64,000 bases of DNA, taken from IMG/VR virus record IMGVR_UViG_3300026078_000018, one strand, 5' to 3'. The translations under genes were made by a program, and so were the position numbers. Positions 10,475-20,003 of this stretch are shown here, piece by piece; the first letter of the stretch is position 1, and each line of letters begins with the position of its first letter. The notes under the pieces are model-generated. The model was not told the origin of the DNA. It saw only the letters and a list, made by a program, of their open reading frames with translations, and searched no databases. This stretch comes from a virus.

Positions 10475-10561
10475 CAGCCCCAGCACACACCGTAGGCTCG
10501 CACCACCCCCGGGAAGGACCACCCTCCCCGGGCCTTCCCCGAAGCCCAGCAGGAGGCTGCC

Positions 10562-11005
10562 ATGGACCACAACGACCGCGACATCGAGCTCTCGATGGGC
10601 CCCCTGGGCCGTGTCACCGACGGCCGCTACGTCATCGCCGTCATCCAGACCCTGCGCACCGCCATGCGCGCCCTCGACAACGGCACGCTCACCAACATCG
10701 CCGTGCTGGTCAACGTCAACGAGGACAACTACGGCGACGTCCAGCACGGCATCCTGCGCGACGCCCTGTGCTACAGCGGCCTGCAGACCCCCGAGCGCCA
10801 CACCTACATGCTCAGCCAGTACCTCTACGGCCTGTTCGTGGAGTCCGGCGCGCCCACGACCAAGGCCTCCGACGGCGTGCGCGAGCTCGACCTGGAGACG
10901 CTGGCCAAGTGCGACACCGCCGTGGCCAAGGACATCGTGCGCGAGGCCCTGTACAGCCTCACCGACACCATCAAGTTCGACGCCAACATCTACCGCATGG
11001 CCTGA
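10562..11005 (+). CDS. hypothetical protein
   Basis: GGAGG RBS, strong GC3 bias. Confidence 0.7.
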   Translation: MDHNDRDIELSMGPLGRVTDGRYVIAVIQTLRTAMRALDNGTLTNIAVLVNVNEDNYGDVQHGILRDALCYSGLQTPERHTYMLSQYLYGLFVESGAPTTKASDGVRELDLETLAKCDTAVAKDIVREALYSLTDTIKFDANIYRMA

Positions 11006-11032
11006 CCGGCCCGAGCCTCAGGAGATCGCACT

Positions 11033-11287
11033 ATGTCCGACCAGCGGAAGACCGCCCTCAGCCTCATCACAGAATACGTGCTCGACGACGTCCAGATCAC
11101 CACGCCCGAGCTGGTCTACCGCATCCGGGTCAGCCTCGCCGACGAGCACGGCTACACCTACGAGGTGTGGCGCAGCGACGACTGGATCGGCACCCCCGAG
11201 GACTGGGAACTCGTCAACGCCGAACAGGAAGTCCTCCGGACCCTCGCCGACCTGGTCGGCGACCGCATGCGCGAGAAGTTTGGCTAG
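11033..11287 (+). CDS. small acidic hypothetical protein
   Basis: AGGAG RBS, in operon order. Confidence 0.7.
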   Translation: MSDQRKTALSLITEYVLDDVQITTPELVYRIRVSLADEHGYTYEVWRSDDWIGTPEDWELVNAEQEVLRTLADLVGDRMREKFG

Positions 11288-11299
11288 GAGGCCGTCACC

Positions 11300-11446
11300 A
11301 TGACCCGTTTCCTCTCCTGCGTCGAGGAGACCCCCGGCGGTACCTCGTGGGCCCGAGATGTCAGCGGAGCCGTCCTCGGCGAGCACCCCGACGCTGACAC
11401 TGCCATCAAGGCCCTCATCGCCTACGACCAGGCCCTCCACAACTAG
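11300..11446 (+). CDS. 48-aa hypothetical protein (below the ORF-track cut-off)
   Basis: GGAGG RBS. MTRFLSCVEE...ALHN*. Confidence 0.55.
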   Translation: MTRFLSCVEETPGGTSWARDVSGAVLGEHPDADTAIKALIAYDQALHN

Positions 11447-11464
11447 CAGGAAGGACGGTGCGCC

Positions 11465-11884
11465 ATGGCCGCTAAGAAGACCACCGCCCCGGCGCTCGCC
11501 GTAGGTCAGACCGTCATGGTTGTGCAATACGCGCAGCAGTACGGACCGGACCGGGGAAAGATCCTGCGCATGGGCTCCGGGGAGATCAAGAGGGTCGGTC
11601 GCACCCTCATCGACATCTGCTACCGCCTCGACGGCCGCGAGTACAGCACCACCGAGACCTTCACCATCGCCACCGGCGACGCCAAGGACTACCACCAATA
11701 CCCCCTCCGCTTCCGCACCGAAGCCCAGCTCGACGACGAGGCGCGCCGCGGGGAGGCCCTGGCCGTACTGGCCCACCACAACCTGCGTTCCGTGGGCCGC
11801 AACGGCTTGGAAGCCGAAACCGACCTCTCCAGTGACACCCTCGTCAAGATCGCCGCCGTCATCACCGAAGCCGAGGAAGCCTGA
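11465..11884 (+). CDS. hypothetical protein
   Basis: RBS, codon bias. Confidence 0.7.
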   Translation: MAAKKTTAPALAVGQTVMVVQYAQQYGPDRGKILRMGSGEIKRVGRTLIDICYRLDGREYSTTETFTIATGDAKDYHQYPLRFRTEAQLDDEARRGEALAVLAHHNLRSVGRNGLEAETDLSSDTLVKIAAVITEAEEA

Positions 11885-11889
11885 CGATC

Positions 11890-12612
11890 ATGAGCATTGC
11901 CCTCCACGCCTTCCACCGCGCCGCTGAGATCGTGCAGAACAACCACGAGATCGCGGACGGTGACATCGTCCTGCTGCCCGACCCCGGACCCAGCCAGGGG
12001 CTGCTGGCCATCAAGGCCGGGTTCGAGGGCGACGTGCGCATCCGAAAGCTGACGCGCGTCCTGGACGAGGTCCTCGACAGTCGCACCGTCGAGGAGGATC
12101 GGCTGGTCTTGACCCAGCCCTACTATGCCGACAGCGTCGCCGCAGCTCTCGCGCTGGTCAACCAGTCCAACGACACGATCATCCCCTACTACAACCCCCG
12201 CTTTCGGCTGCTCGATCACTACATCCCCGGCCGCACCCGGGAGCGCCGGTTCTACCGGCACAGCGTTCTCGTCCGCACTCTGGTCCCGGGCAGCAAGCAG
12301 CCCCTGGAGGTCATCCAGGTCTGGTACGGCGGCCCGGACGAGGAGGAGGTGGCCCCCGGCAACTTCGTCGGCCTGGTGTTCTCCAGCCTGCCCGGCGAGC
12401 AGGAGCAGCAGACGTGGTCGCCCACGCACGGCAGCGGCTTGCACAGCGGTATGTCGCTGGGCCGTTTCCCCGACTCCCACCAGGCGGGCTATGAACTGAT
12501 CCGCTTCGACCTGGCTGCCACCGCCACCCAGCCCGAGGTCGCCGACCCGGCGTCGGTCGAGGATACCGACGCCTCTGTGTTCATCAGCTACGACCCGATG
12601 CTGGAGGACTGA
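11890..12612 (+). CDS. hypothetical protein
   Basis: Operon packing, codon bias. Confidence 0.65.
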   Translation: MSIALHAFHRAAEIVQNNHEIADGDIVLLPDPGPSQGLLAIKAGFEGDVRIRKLTRVLDEVLDSRTVEEDRLVLTQPYYADSVAAALALVNQSNDTIIPYYNPRFRLLDHYIPGRTRERRFYRHSVLVRTLVPGSKQPLEVIQVWYGGPDEEEVAPGNFVGLVFSSLPGEQEQQTWSPTHGSGLHSGMSLGRFPDSHQAGYELIRFDLAATATQPEVADPASVEDTDASVFISYDPMLED

Positions 12613-13106
12613 TGGGCAGTATGGACCGCGCCATGTTCACAAAGATGGCCGAGCAGATGCACACCGAGGCCGAGGCCAACATGCAGCGGGACGGCCACCT
12701 CAGACAGATGGTGTTGCTGTTCGACCGGAACGGCCAGATGACCCCTTGCGCCGTCCTCGGCGGCATGGACGACCACGTTTTCGATCAGCTGCGCAAGACC
12801 GTCCGTGCGATAAGCGCTGTGGCCGCGATCAGGATCGCCGAGGCCAGGGCACTCCCTCTGCCGCCGGGCGCCGACCAGCTGCCGTACGAAGACCTGCCGC
12901 TGCCCTCCGAGTCACCGAGCGCCCAGCGTCAGATCTTCAGCGAAGCCCGCTGGCCCTGGGCCGGAATCCACCAGGTACGCATCACCGACGTCGCAGAGCA
13001 GGACGGCATGCTGACGCTTCAACGACGCCCGGCCGACCCCGATCAGACGGTCACCCGCAACGACGTGCTGGCGCAGCTGTTCCCGCCCGTGAGGACCACA
13101 ACATGA
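12612..13106 (+). CDS. hypothetical protein
   Basis: TGATG coupling. Confidence 0.65.
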   Translation: MGSMDRAMFTKMAEQMHTEAEANMQRDGHLRQMVLLFDRNGQMTPCAVLGGMDDHVFDQLRKTVRAISAVAAIRIAEARALPLPPGADQLPYEDLPLPSESPSAQRQIFSEARWPWAGIHQVRITDVAEQDGMLTLQRRPADPDQTVTRNDVLAQLFPPVRTTT

Positions 13107-13393
13107 CGAGCGAGACCCTCCACGTCCACTTCTACGACTCCACCCAGGACGCGCTCCACGCGCTGAGGCAGGACATGAGCATGGTCGGTGACGTGTTCGA
13201 GGTGCGCTCCGAGTGCGCCGTCGGCGTTGCCGTGACCCCCAAGACCATCTTCGCCCTCACCGTCGGCACCGGAGCCTTCGCCCAGGCCGACACTGCCGAG
13301 CAGGTCGTGCTGCTGCGCAACTTACCGGCCTATCGCCTGGCGCGCGCCATCGTCGCCTACGAGCCGGAGCTCTACATCTGGGAGGGAGCCTGA
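13103..13393 (+). CDS. hypothetical protein
   Basis: ATGA coupling. Confidence 0.6.
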   Translation: MTSETLHVHFYDSTQDALHALRQDMSMVGDVFEVRSECAVGVAVTPKTIFALTVGTGAFAQADTAEQVVLLRNLPAYRLARAIVAYEPELYIWEGA

Positions 13394-13620
13394 TGGTCAA
13401 CTCCCGTGGCGACGAAGTGTTCAACCCGGTCGCCGACAAGCTGATCGAGCTGGAGGTCGGCCCGATCGTCCGCCGCGAGGTGTGCTCGATCCTCATCGAA
13501 GCGTTGCAGCAGGTCGGCTGGGACACCGAATACGAGTCCATGGAGCGCTACATGCACGACCTCGCCATCGCCGCCGCCTTCGTCGAGCACGGCGTCCTCC
13601 CAGGAGGTGACGGCTCATGA
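13393..13620 (+). CDS. hypothetical protein
   Basis: TGATG coupling. Confidence 0.6.
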   Translation: MVNSRGDEVFNPVADKLIELEVGPIVRREVCSILIEALQQVGWDTEYESMERYMHDLAIAAAFVEHGVLPGGDGS

Positions 13621-13862
13621 GCCGCGCGGCCGCCTACCGCCCCAAGTGCCGCACCTGCGAACGCTCCCGCCGCCCCACCGACCTGATGTGCCCGCGCTGC
13701 TGGGCGCTCGTTCCCGAGGACCTGCAGAGGGAGATCTACCGCACCGTGACCCGCGGCAGCGCTCGGCAGAGCGACGCCTGGACGGCCGCGGTGGAGAAGG
13801 CCGTGGCCATCGTCGAAGCCGCCCTCAAGCCCCAGTCCAAGCCCGAAGAAGGACCCGCATGA
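13617..13862 (+). CDS. small Zn-finger-like protein
   Basis: CRTC...CPRCW. Confidence 0.6.
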   Translation: MSRAAAYRPKCRTCERSRRPTDLMCPRCWALVPEDLQREIYRTVTRGSARQSDAWTAAVEKAVAIVEAALKPQSKPEEGPA

Positions 13863-14260
13863 GCGACACCGAAGACCCCTCCCTGCCGCCCGAGGAGCTC
13901 AGCCCCACCCAGTTGGAGGTCTGGCACCGCATCGTCGCGCAGTACGGCACGCCGACCGCCCACGTCGCCCACTTCGTCTCCACGGTCGCTAACGGTGTGG
14001 ACAGTACGCAAGGGGCTCTCAACGAGGCTACGGGGGAGTGGCAGGAGCACTGGAGGGAGGTTCTCCAGGAGCAGCTGACTGAGGAGAAATTCGTCTTGCA
14101 GGTCGCGCAGGACGCTTTCGCCATACACCTGTGGGCCACCCGCGCCTGCGCCGACCGTGATACCGCCGATCAGATCGCCGAACAACTGCCCAAGCAGTTC
14201 CTGGCCGCCTGGAAGACCGACCACCCCGGCACACCCGAGCAGGAGGTAACACCGACATGA
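13859..14260 (+). CDS. hypothetical protein
   Basis: ATGA coupling. Confidence 0.6.
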   Translation: MSDTEDPSLPPEELSPTQLEVWHRIVAQYGTPTAHVAHFVSTVANGVDSTQGALNEATGEWQEHWREVLQEQLTEEKFVLQVAQDAFAIHLWATRACADRDTADQIAEQLPKQFLAAWKTDHPGTPEQEVTPT

Positions 14261-14275
14261 CTACCGTGACCATCG

Positions 14276-14632
14276 ATGCCCCCGCCGCCCACGCCCAACT
14301 GCGACCGCATCGACGACGGCTACAACGCCATCCGCGCCTTCCTGGAGCACCTCGGTGAGCAGGGCATCATCCTGGTCAAGCACGACGACTTGCATAAGGT
14401 CATCGGCAAGGCCGTCCAGGCCGAGGCGCTGCTGGCGCTGCACTCGGGCAAGCACACCACCGGCTCGGCCATCGAGGACCTGGAGGCCGACCGCATCGCC
14501 GCCGAGGTCGCCATCGACCGCCCCGACCCGCACAAGTTGCTCGACGAGCTCTACGACGTCGACCAGCGGGAGCTGGAGCGTGAACGGCGCGCGCTGCTGC
14601 GCTACACCAACCAACTGCACCAGCACGCGTAG
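14276..14632 (+). CDS. hypothetical protein (true start may be ATG 14257 with a C-run indel)
   Basis: The RBS fits ATG 14257, which is out of frame across a CCCCC run. Confidence 0.5.
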   Translation: MPPPPTPNCDRIDDGYNAIRAFLEHLGEQGIILVKHDDLHKVIGKAVQAEALLALHSGKHTTGSAIEDLEADRIAAEVAIDRPDPHKLLDELYDVDQRELERERRALLRYTNQLHQHA

Positions 14633-14647
14633 GAGAAGTACAAAGCA

Positions 14648-14989
14648 GTGAACACTGATGAATTCGATGAGGCCGCGGAGCGCGTAACCGGGTTCCTGGA
14701 CCACATGTTCACCCCGGAGGGCAACGGTGACGTCATCCGGGCCTACGCCAGTGGCGGCGTGCAGTATCTGCTGACTGAAGACGACCTGCGCGCGCTCGTG
14801 GCTGGCTACAAGGAGATGCGGGAACAGCTGACCCCTCGCGAGATCACTTGCCCCGCCTGCAAGCGCCCGACAAAGCTCACCACGAACGGTCTCATCCGCT
14901 ATCACGGCCCCCACAATCAGCCGTGTCACGCATCCGGCATTAACCCGAAGGCGTTGGCCAACGGTCGTCCGCCCGGCAGAAGCCAATGA
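14648..14989 (+). CDS. hypothetical protein with a C-terminal CxxC..H..C motif
   Basis: CPACKR...YH...CHASG. Confidence 0.6.
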   Translation: MNTDEFDEAAERVTGFLDHMFTPEGNGDVIRAYASGGVQYLLTEDDLRALVAGYKEMREQLTPREITCPACKRPTKLTTNGLIRYHGPHNQPCHASGINPKALANGRPPGRSQ

Positions 14990-15297
14990 GCACCCCAGGC
15001 CCCCACGAGTCCGACCCTCACTCCCAGTTCGTCTTCGACGTCTTCACCGAGATGCGGCACTATGACGACGAGGCGGACTGGCACGCCCAGCGTTCCGTGG
15101 CCAGCAGTCTAGGCGCTCTGGGGATCAACCTGATCTTCAGTTACGTCCCTGCTTCCTGGTCCCTGCTGGGGTGGTTGATCCCTGCCGGGCTCTGGATCCT
15201 TGCCGCCGCGGACATCGTCGCCGTCGTGCGAATCAGCAGGACGGTATCCAAGCGGCACCGCACACTCATCGAACAATTCTTCAACGACGGAGGCTGA
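14986..15297 (+). CDS. small membrane protein
   Basis: Two hydrophobic segments. Confidence 0.55.
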   Translation: MSTPGPHESDPHSQFVFDVFTEMRHYDDEADWHAQRSVASSLGALGINLIFSYVPASWSLLGWLIPAGLWILAAADIVAVVRISRTVSKRHRTLIEQFFNDGG

Positions 15298-15298
15298 C

Positions 15299-15631
15299 AT
15301 GCCCCAAGACGGCCGCGGTGCCGCGACACACCGCGTCCCAGACCGCATCACCCCGTGCCTCGGCACAGACTTCTGCCGCTGGGCCCGCGGCTGCTCAGAC
15401 TGCCGCCCCGAGAAGTGGCAGGAGTACCTGCCGCTGCAGCTGCGGTATGACCACCACGGTTCGATGCAGGGCGCCTCCTACGAGTTCGCCCGTCGGGCTG
15501 TCCCCCAGCTCGCCGCCGAGCTGCGCCGGGCCGCCGACGGCCTGGAGAAGGCCTACCACGACGGCTTCCGGCTGTACGAGATCGACGACCACGGGGTAAT
15601 CCGCCTCGCGAAGGGACGGGCACCACGATGA
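15299..15631 (+). CDS. hypothetical protein
   Basis: GGAGG RBS. Confidence 0.55.
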   Translation: MPQDGRGAATHRVPDRITPCLGTDFCRWARGCSDCRPEKWQEYLPLQLRYDHHGSMQGASYEFARRAVPQLAAELRRAADGLEKAYHDGFRLYEIDDHGVIRLAKGRAPR

Positions 15632-15677
15632 CCGAGAAGACCCCCAATCCTGCTTCCCTCGAAGGCACGGTGGGGCC

Positions 15678-16058
15678 GTGATGCGCCGCCACGCCATCCT
15701 CGGTGTCCTGGCCGACCAGGGCTCCTGCACTGCGGTATGGCTGGCCTCAACACTCGGCTACCCGCCCCTGCTCTCCGGCCTCATTGAGCGGGAGCTGAAG
15801 TTGCTGGAGGAGAACGGCCACATCGACTCCTCCTGGTCTGGCGACGAGCCCCCGCGGCGCAGGCTCTACCGCCTGTCCGGCACCAAGCTGCCTTCATGGG
15901 TGTACGCCTTCGTCTCCGCCGTCGACCAGTACGAGGACGAGCACCCCAAACAGGAGGACTGTCTCGGGCGCGAACTAACCGCCATGGTCCCCAACGACGT
16001 GCGGCACCACGCCCGCAGAATCACCGTCTCCCGCCGTGAGGAATCCGATGACCGCTGA
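15678..16058 (+). CDS. winged-HTH (PadR-like) protein
   Basis: LKLLEENGHIDSSW...RRRLYRL. Confidence 0.55.
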   Translation: MMRRHAILGVLADQGSCTAVWLASTLGYPPLLSGLIERELKLLEENGHIDSSWSGDEPPRRRLYRLSGTKLPSWVYAFVSAVDQYEDEHPKQEDCLGRELTAMVPNDVRHHARRITVSRREESDDR

Positions 16059-16449
16059 AAACACCCCGCTCACAGACGCCCTGGCCGCCCTCTACCCCTC
16101 GCTGGGCCCGACCCAGCTGGCCCATGTGGCCACCGAGGTGGAGAAGCTGGTGGCCAAATGCCTGACAGCACCGCCCTGGGTATCCACGACGCTGAAGAAA
16201 GCCCGGAACAAGGCAGGCATGACCCAGACCGAAGTCGCCACCGCCCTGGACTGGTCACTGTCCAAGGTCATCCGTATCGAAAACGGCTTCAACGGGATCA
16301 AGCATACCGACCTGACGGCCCTGATCGAGCTGTACGGCATCGACTCGGAGAAGACGCGCCAGCGTCTCATCGACGAGTGCTACAAACGCCGACACGCACG
16401 CCGCACAACAGCGCCCGCTGGGGCCTCGGTATCCCTCCGAGGAAGATGA
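16048..16449 (+). CDS. XRE-family HTH regulator
   Basis: LKKARNKAGMTQTEVATALDWSLSKVIRIENG. Confidence 0.85.
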   Translation: MTAENTPLTDALAALYPSLGPTQLAHVATEVEKLVAKCLTAPPWVSTTLKKARNKAGMTQTEVATALDWSLSKVIRIENGFNGIKHTDLTALIELYGIDSEKTRQRLIDECYKRRHARRTTAPAGASVSLRGR

Positions 16450-16495
16450 CGACCCCACCCCCGCCCATCACCGCAAACTCACTGCCGAGGACTTT

Positions 16496-16945
16496 ATGCA
16501 GAAGAAAAGTTCATCCACCCAATCATCAGATCATTCCATGGCGGTGCCGGAAACCACCGCAGACCCCGTAGAGCCCCTCGTGGCGACGCAGGAGAAGGCG
16601 CAGATCCAGGCGGTGAAGAAGCCGCACATCTTCCCGCCGATGGTGCTGTCTCTGGCGCGCGCCGCGGAGACGCTCGCCTTCGCCGAACTGGCCGTTCCGG
16701 GTGAACTGACGCCCCACGACATCGACGAGGGGCTCCGCTTGCTCTCGGAGATCTCCGGGAGTCTGGAGCGGCTGATCTCCAACTCGCGCCTGGGGACATG
16801 CGGTGCGGATCCGGAGCTGCTGGCCCTGGGGGTTGGCAGTACGGAGCAGCTGGCGATGCGACGCGCCATCGTCGACTTCGCCACGGCGAAGCGCGAGATC
16901 GACTACGCCCGAGACATGCGTGCACGAGTCGACAGGGAGGACTAA
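16496..16945 (+). CDS. hypothetical protein
   Basis: ORF track; coupled to the next gene. Confidence 0.55.
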   Translation: MQKKSSSTQSSDHSMAVPETTADPVEPLVATQEKAQIQAVKKPHIFPPMVLSLARAAETLAFAELAVPGELTPHDIDEGLRLLSEISGSLERLISNSRLGTCGADPELLALGVGSTEQLAMRRAIVDFATAKREIDYARDMRARVDRED

Positions 16946-17649
16946 TGATCACTGACGAATTGCGCGAGGCCGAGACGGCCGTATACCGCGCAGCGAACGC
17001 ACTGTGGATCTCGACAGGGCGGCCCATCGACAACCACGTGATCGATCAGGTCGCGGAAGTCACCGACGCCATGGGCAAGCTCACCACGGAGTTCTGCGGC
17101 CACCTGCCCGGCTCATCACGGCGTGAGCACGCCGACGCTCTCGAATGGGTCGCTCAGCGCTACCAGGGGGCCTCCGAGGGCCTGCGGGCCATCAGTGCCT
17201 CCCTGGCCGGGCAGGAGACCCCGGAGCCGCCCAGAGGGCCTATCAAGATGTCCACCGGCGGCACCCTCACCCCGGCCCCCGAGCGCGTGGTGCTCACGCT
17301 GGCCATGCTGCATGAGCTCGCCAAAGCCCGCTTCGGCAGCGACCCGAAGCGCTGGCGGTTCGTGTGCCCGGCATGCAAGTCCGAGACTGCGGTCGGCGAC
17401 TTCGCCGAACTGGCCCCGAACGGCCAGCCGGGGCAGGAGTGCATCGGCCGTGAGGTCAAGGGCATGGGCTGCGACCACGCTGCCTACGGCCCCATCCCGC
17501 TCGCCCCGTGGATCGTCATCGTGCCCAGCGGCAGGAACGTGCTGTCGTTCGCGCTCGCCGAGGTGGACCCGCACCCTGACTCGGACAGCAACACAGGGCA
17601 GGAAGTCCTCCACGAGGGGGAATCTTCCGCCGACGTCGCCGGATCCTGA
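16945..17649 (+). CDS. protein with a C-terminal VVA0879-like Zn domain
   Basis: ARFG.DP..WRFVCP.C...GQECIGR...GCD.AAYG. Confidence 0.65.
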   Translation: MITDELREAETAVYRAANALWISTGRPIDNHVIDQVAEVTDAMGKLTTEFCGHLPGSSRREHADALEWVAQRYQGASEGLRAISASLAGQETPEPPRGPIKMSTGGTLTPAPERVVLTLAMLHELAKARFGSDPKRWRFVCPACKSETAVGDFAELAPNGQPGQECIGREVKGMGCDHAAYGPIPLAPWIVIVPSGRNVLSFALAEVDPHPDSDSNTGQEVLHEGESSADVAGS

Positions 17650-17749
17650 CACACTGGATTCTCACCCCGTCCGCAGGACTCACTGGGAGGCCGTAGGGCC
17701 GGGCCCGGCGGATACCTGTCACCCGATACTGGAAAGGAAGGCACGTCAC

Positions 17750-18310
17750 ATGCCACGCGACAAGAAGACGTCCACGCCTGCCCGCAAGACCGCGGCCCTG
17801 AAGGCTGTGCCGAAGCACGCGCCCAAGCGCAACGGCGCCAAGAGCGGGCAGCGCCAGTCGCTCACCGAGCGCCCCGACGCCCCGCTCGGCTACCACATCC
17901 TGGCCTCGGCCCGTGCCTACAGCCACGCACTGCAGCTGGCGCTGGCTGCGAAGCCCGCCACCGCCAAGCTGACGGTGCCGAGGCTGCAGGCCCTACAGAT
18001 CATCGCCAGCAACGACGGCATCCACGGCGCCGACCTCGCCTGCGCGCTGGATGTGACGCCGCAGACCGTCACCACCATCCTCAACTCTCTGCTCGACAAC
18101 GGCTGGATCGACCGCCGCGCCGGGAAGGGCCGCGCGCTCAAGGCCTACCTGACCAAGGAAGGCCGTGCCCAGCTGAACAAGGGCATCGCGGTGTTGTTAA
18201 AGGTCGATGAGACGTTGGCGGGCACCTACTCCCACGACGGCGCCGAGGCCGACGTCCTGACGGATTTGCTGCGTATGGGGCGGCAGAGCTTCGGGCTGCA
18301 GGCTGCGTGA
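17750..18310 (+). CDS. MarR-family winged-HTH regulator
   Basis: ADLACALDVTPQTVTTILNSLLDNGWIDR...LTKEGR. Confidence 0.8.
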   Translation: MPRDKKTSTPARKTAALKAVPKHAPKRNGAKSGQRQSLTERPDAPLGYHILASARAYSHALQLALAAKPATAKLTVPRLQALQIIASNDGIHGADLACALDVTPQTVTTILNSLLDNGWIDRRAGKGRALKAYLTKEGRAQLNKGIAVLLKVDETLAGTYSHDGAEADVLTDLLRMGRQSFGLQAA

Positions 18311-18520
18311 GCCGGTGCCCGGCTGGGCAGCCGTCGTTTGGCTGGGCGGCTGGTCGTTCGACTGCGGCCAGCTCACCTTCCACTGCTGCGACGGCTGCCG
18401 CAACGAGCCTGAACCAGGCTGGGGCCAGTGGCTGGCCGTCTACCTGCACTCGATGCTCTTCTGGTGGCTGGACCTGGCCATATTCCTGAATTTCACCATC
18501 AAGAACAGGGGGAAAAGATC

Positions 18521-19102
18521 ATGACTATCGCATCCGACGACGAAGCGCCGCTGATGCGCCGCTTCAGCAAGGCCTGGATCGGGCACTACTGGATGCAGCT
18601 GCTGATCGCGTACGGCATCGCCCTCGCGCCGCTGGCGTTCCTGCACGACAGCTGGTCCCTGAGGGCCACCAACTGCGTGGTCGTCATCCCGGCGATCATG
18701 CTGTTCATGCACGGCATGGCCCACGAGGTGAAGCTGTGCGAGCCGTGTCAGGCGAAGATGCCGCTGGACCCGGCCGCGCACGCCGTCAAGCGCGCCAGGA
18801 TGCTGCGCGCGATCCACTGGCTCTCCACTCCGGTGGGCGGGCGGCGCCGGTCGGTGTCCCGCGGCCTGCTGCTGTTCATTGCGCTGCTCGCGGTCGGCAT
18901 CCTTCTGCCGTCCGGTCCCTGGGGAAGTCTCGGCGATTCGGCCATGATCGACGGGTTCTTCTACAGCTGGATCCTCATGTCGCGCGGACACCAGCGCCTG
19001 CAGCCGTGGTGCCCGCAGTGCCGCTGGGGCGACGGCGGCGAGAAGGAGCCCAGCCCCGAACCGGCGCCGTCGCCCGGGCTGGTGCCCTCCGGCAGCGTCT
19101 GA
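18521..19102 (+). CDS. membrane protein with Cys/His motifs
   Basis: Four hydrophobic segments. H..LCEPC and H..LQPWCPQC. Confidence 0.65.
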   Translation: MTIASDDEAPLMRRFSKAWIGHYWMQLLIAYGIALAPLAFLHDSWSLRATNCVVVIPAIMLFMHGMAHEVKLCEPCQAKMPLDPAAHAVKRARMLRAIHWLSTPVGGRRRSVSRGLLLFIALLAVGILLPSGPWGSLGDSAMIDGFFYSWILMSRGHQRLQPWCPQCRWGDGGEKEPSPEPAPSPGLVPSGSV

Positions 19103-19525
19103 GGTGCCCACCACAGCGGTACGCCCCTCCCCGGCGACAATCCGGGGAGGGGCGTCCCCATTTTCGCAACACCTTGAGTCCATGCCATCATCGGGCCCTG
19201 TGTCTCTGGATCACCAGCGCGCCGCCGCCGCCGACGCTCTCATCGCCCGGGAGACAGACCGTCTGGCAGACGCCCTCACGCCGCCCCTGACAGCCTTCCA
19301 CGACACGCGCGTCCACCAAGCACTCCTCGACTTCCGCAGCGCCTGGGAGGCCTGCCACGGCCGCGCAGACCGCTACGGCGAAGCCACCGCCGAAGTCCTG
19401 CAACTCTTCCGCATCACCATGACCGAACAGGCCATGCCCTGCGGATGGCGCCGCTCTCGCAACGTATGAAGTACCCATCAAGCGAATCCGCCACGAACCC
19501 CGCCGCGCGCCGCTAGCCTAGGACC

Positions 19526-19950
19526 GCTGGTGCAGGCACGAGTCGCCAGCGCCCCCGTCTGACAGCAGCCTGAGGCTGGACGCCGAGCCCCTCGGCAGCT
19601 GCGAAAGCAGGCGGATGCCGGTCCCTGCCTCTTCCACAGGCGGGCAGGGACCGGCCACAAGACCCCGGCCAAGCTCGCGCTCCCGCCGGGGGAGGTGCCG
19701 CCCCGAATTGTTAAGCTCTTTACGGGACGCCGCCGGGTGGAGGGTAACCGCCCCAGGCTCCGCCTCTGGATCGAGCAGAGGCGGGGCCTTCTGCTGTCAG
19801 CAGCCTGTATCCCTATATCCTCGGACCCGGAGTCTGCGCCCGGTCTGCCGAGACCTATTGAGGAAGGGCATAGCCTCCACGCCTCGCCCCTGCTGACTCC
19901 TGGGACGAAGCCAGCGCCCCGGCTCCCACTACGGATGGGGGCTGGGGCCG
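19526..19950 (+). ncRNA. candidate large structured ncRNA
   Basis: TAGCCT -10 at 19514. Closing stem 19559-19568/19791-19800. 13-bp stem 19617-19629/19643-19655. CTGC-GAAA-GCAG. Terminal hairpin 19916-19948. Confidence 0.55.
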
Positions 19951-20003
19951 ACTGCTGTCCGGCCATCCCCGCCGCTGAGGAAGCGGCGAGGAGGACGCCG
20001 CCG

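Noticed and set aside
19865-19915. HDV-like ribozyme suggested by CCTCCACG...CGAA
   Set aside because: I could not build the P1 and P3 helices.
19695-20003. N-terminal extension of the first DUF3626-like ORF in the ORF track
   Set aside because: It runs through hairpin-rich non-coding-like DNA. ATG 20004 has a GAGGAGG RBS and matches the paralog's start region.
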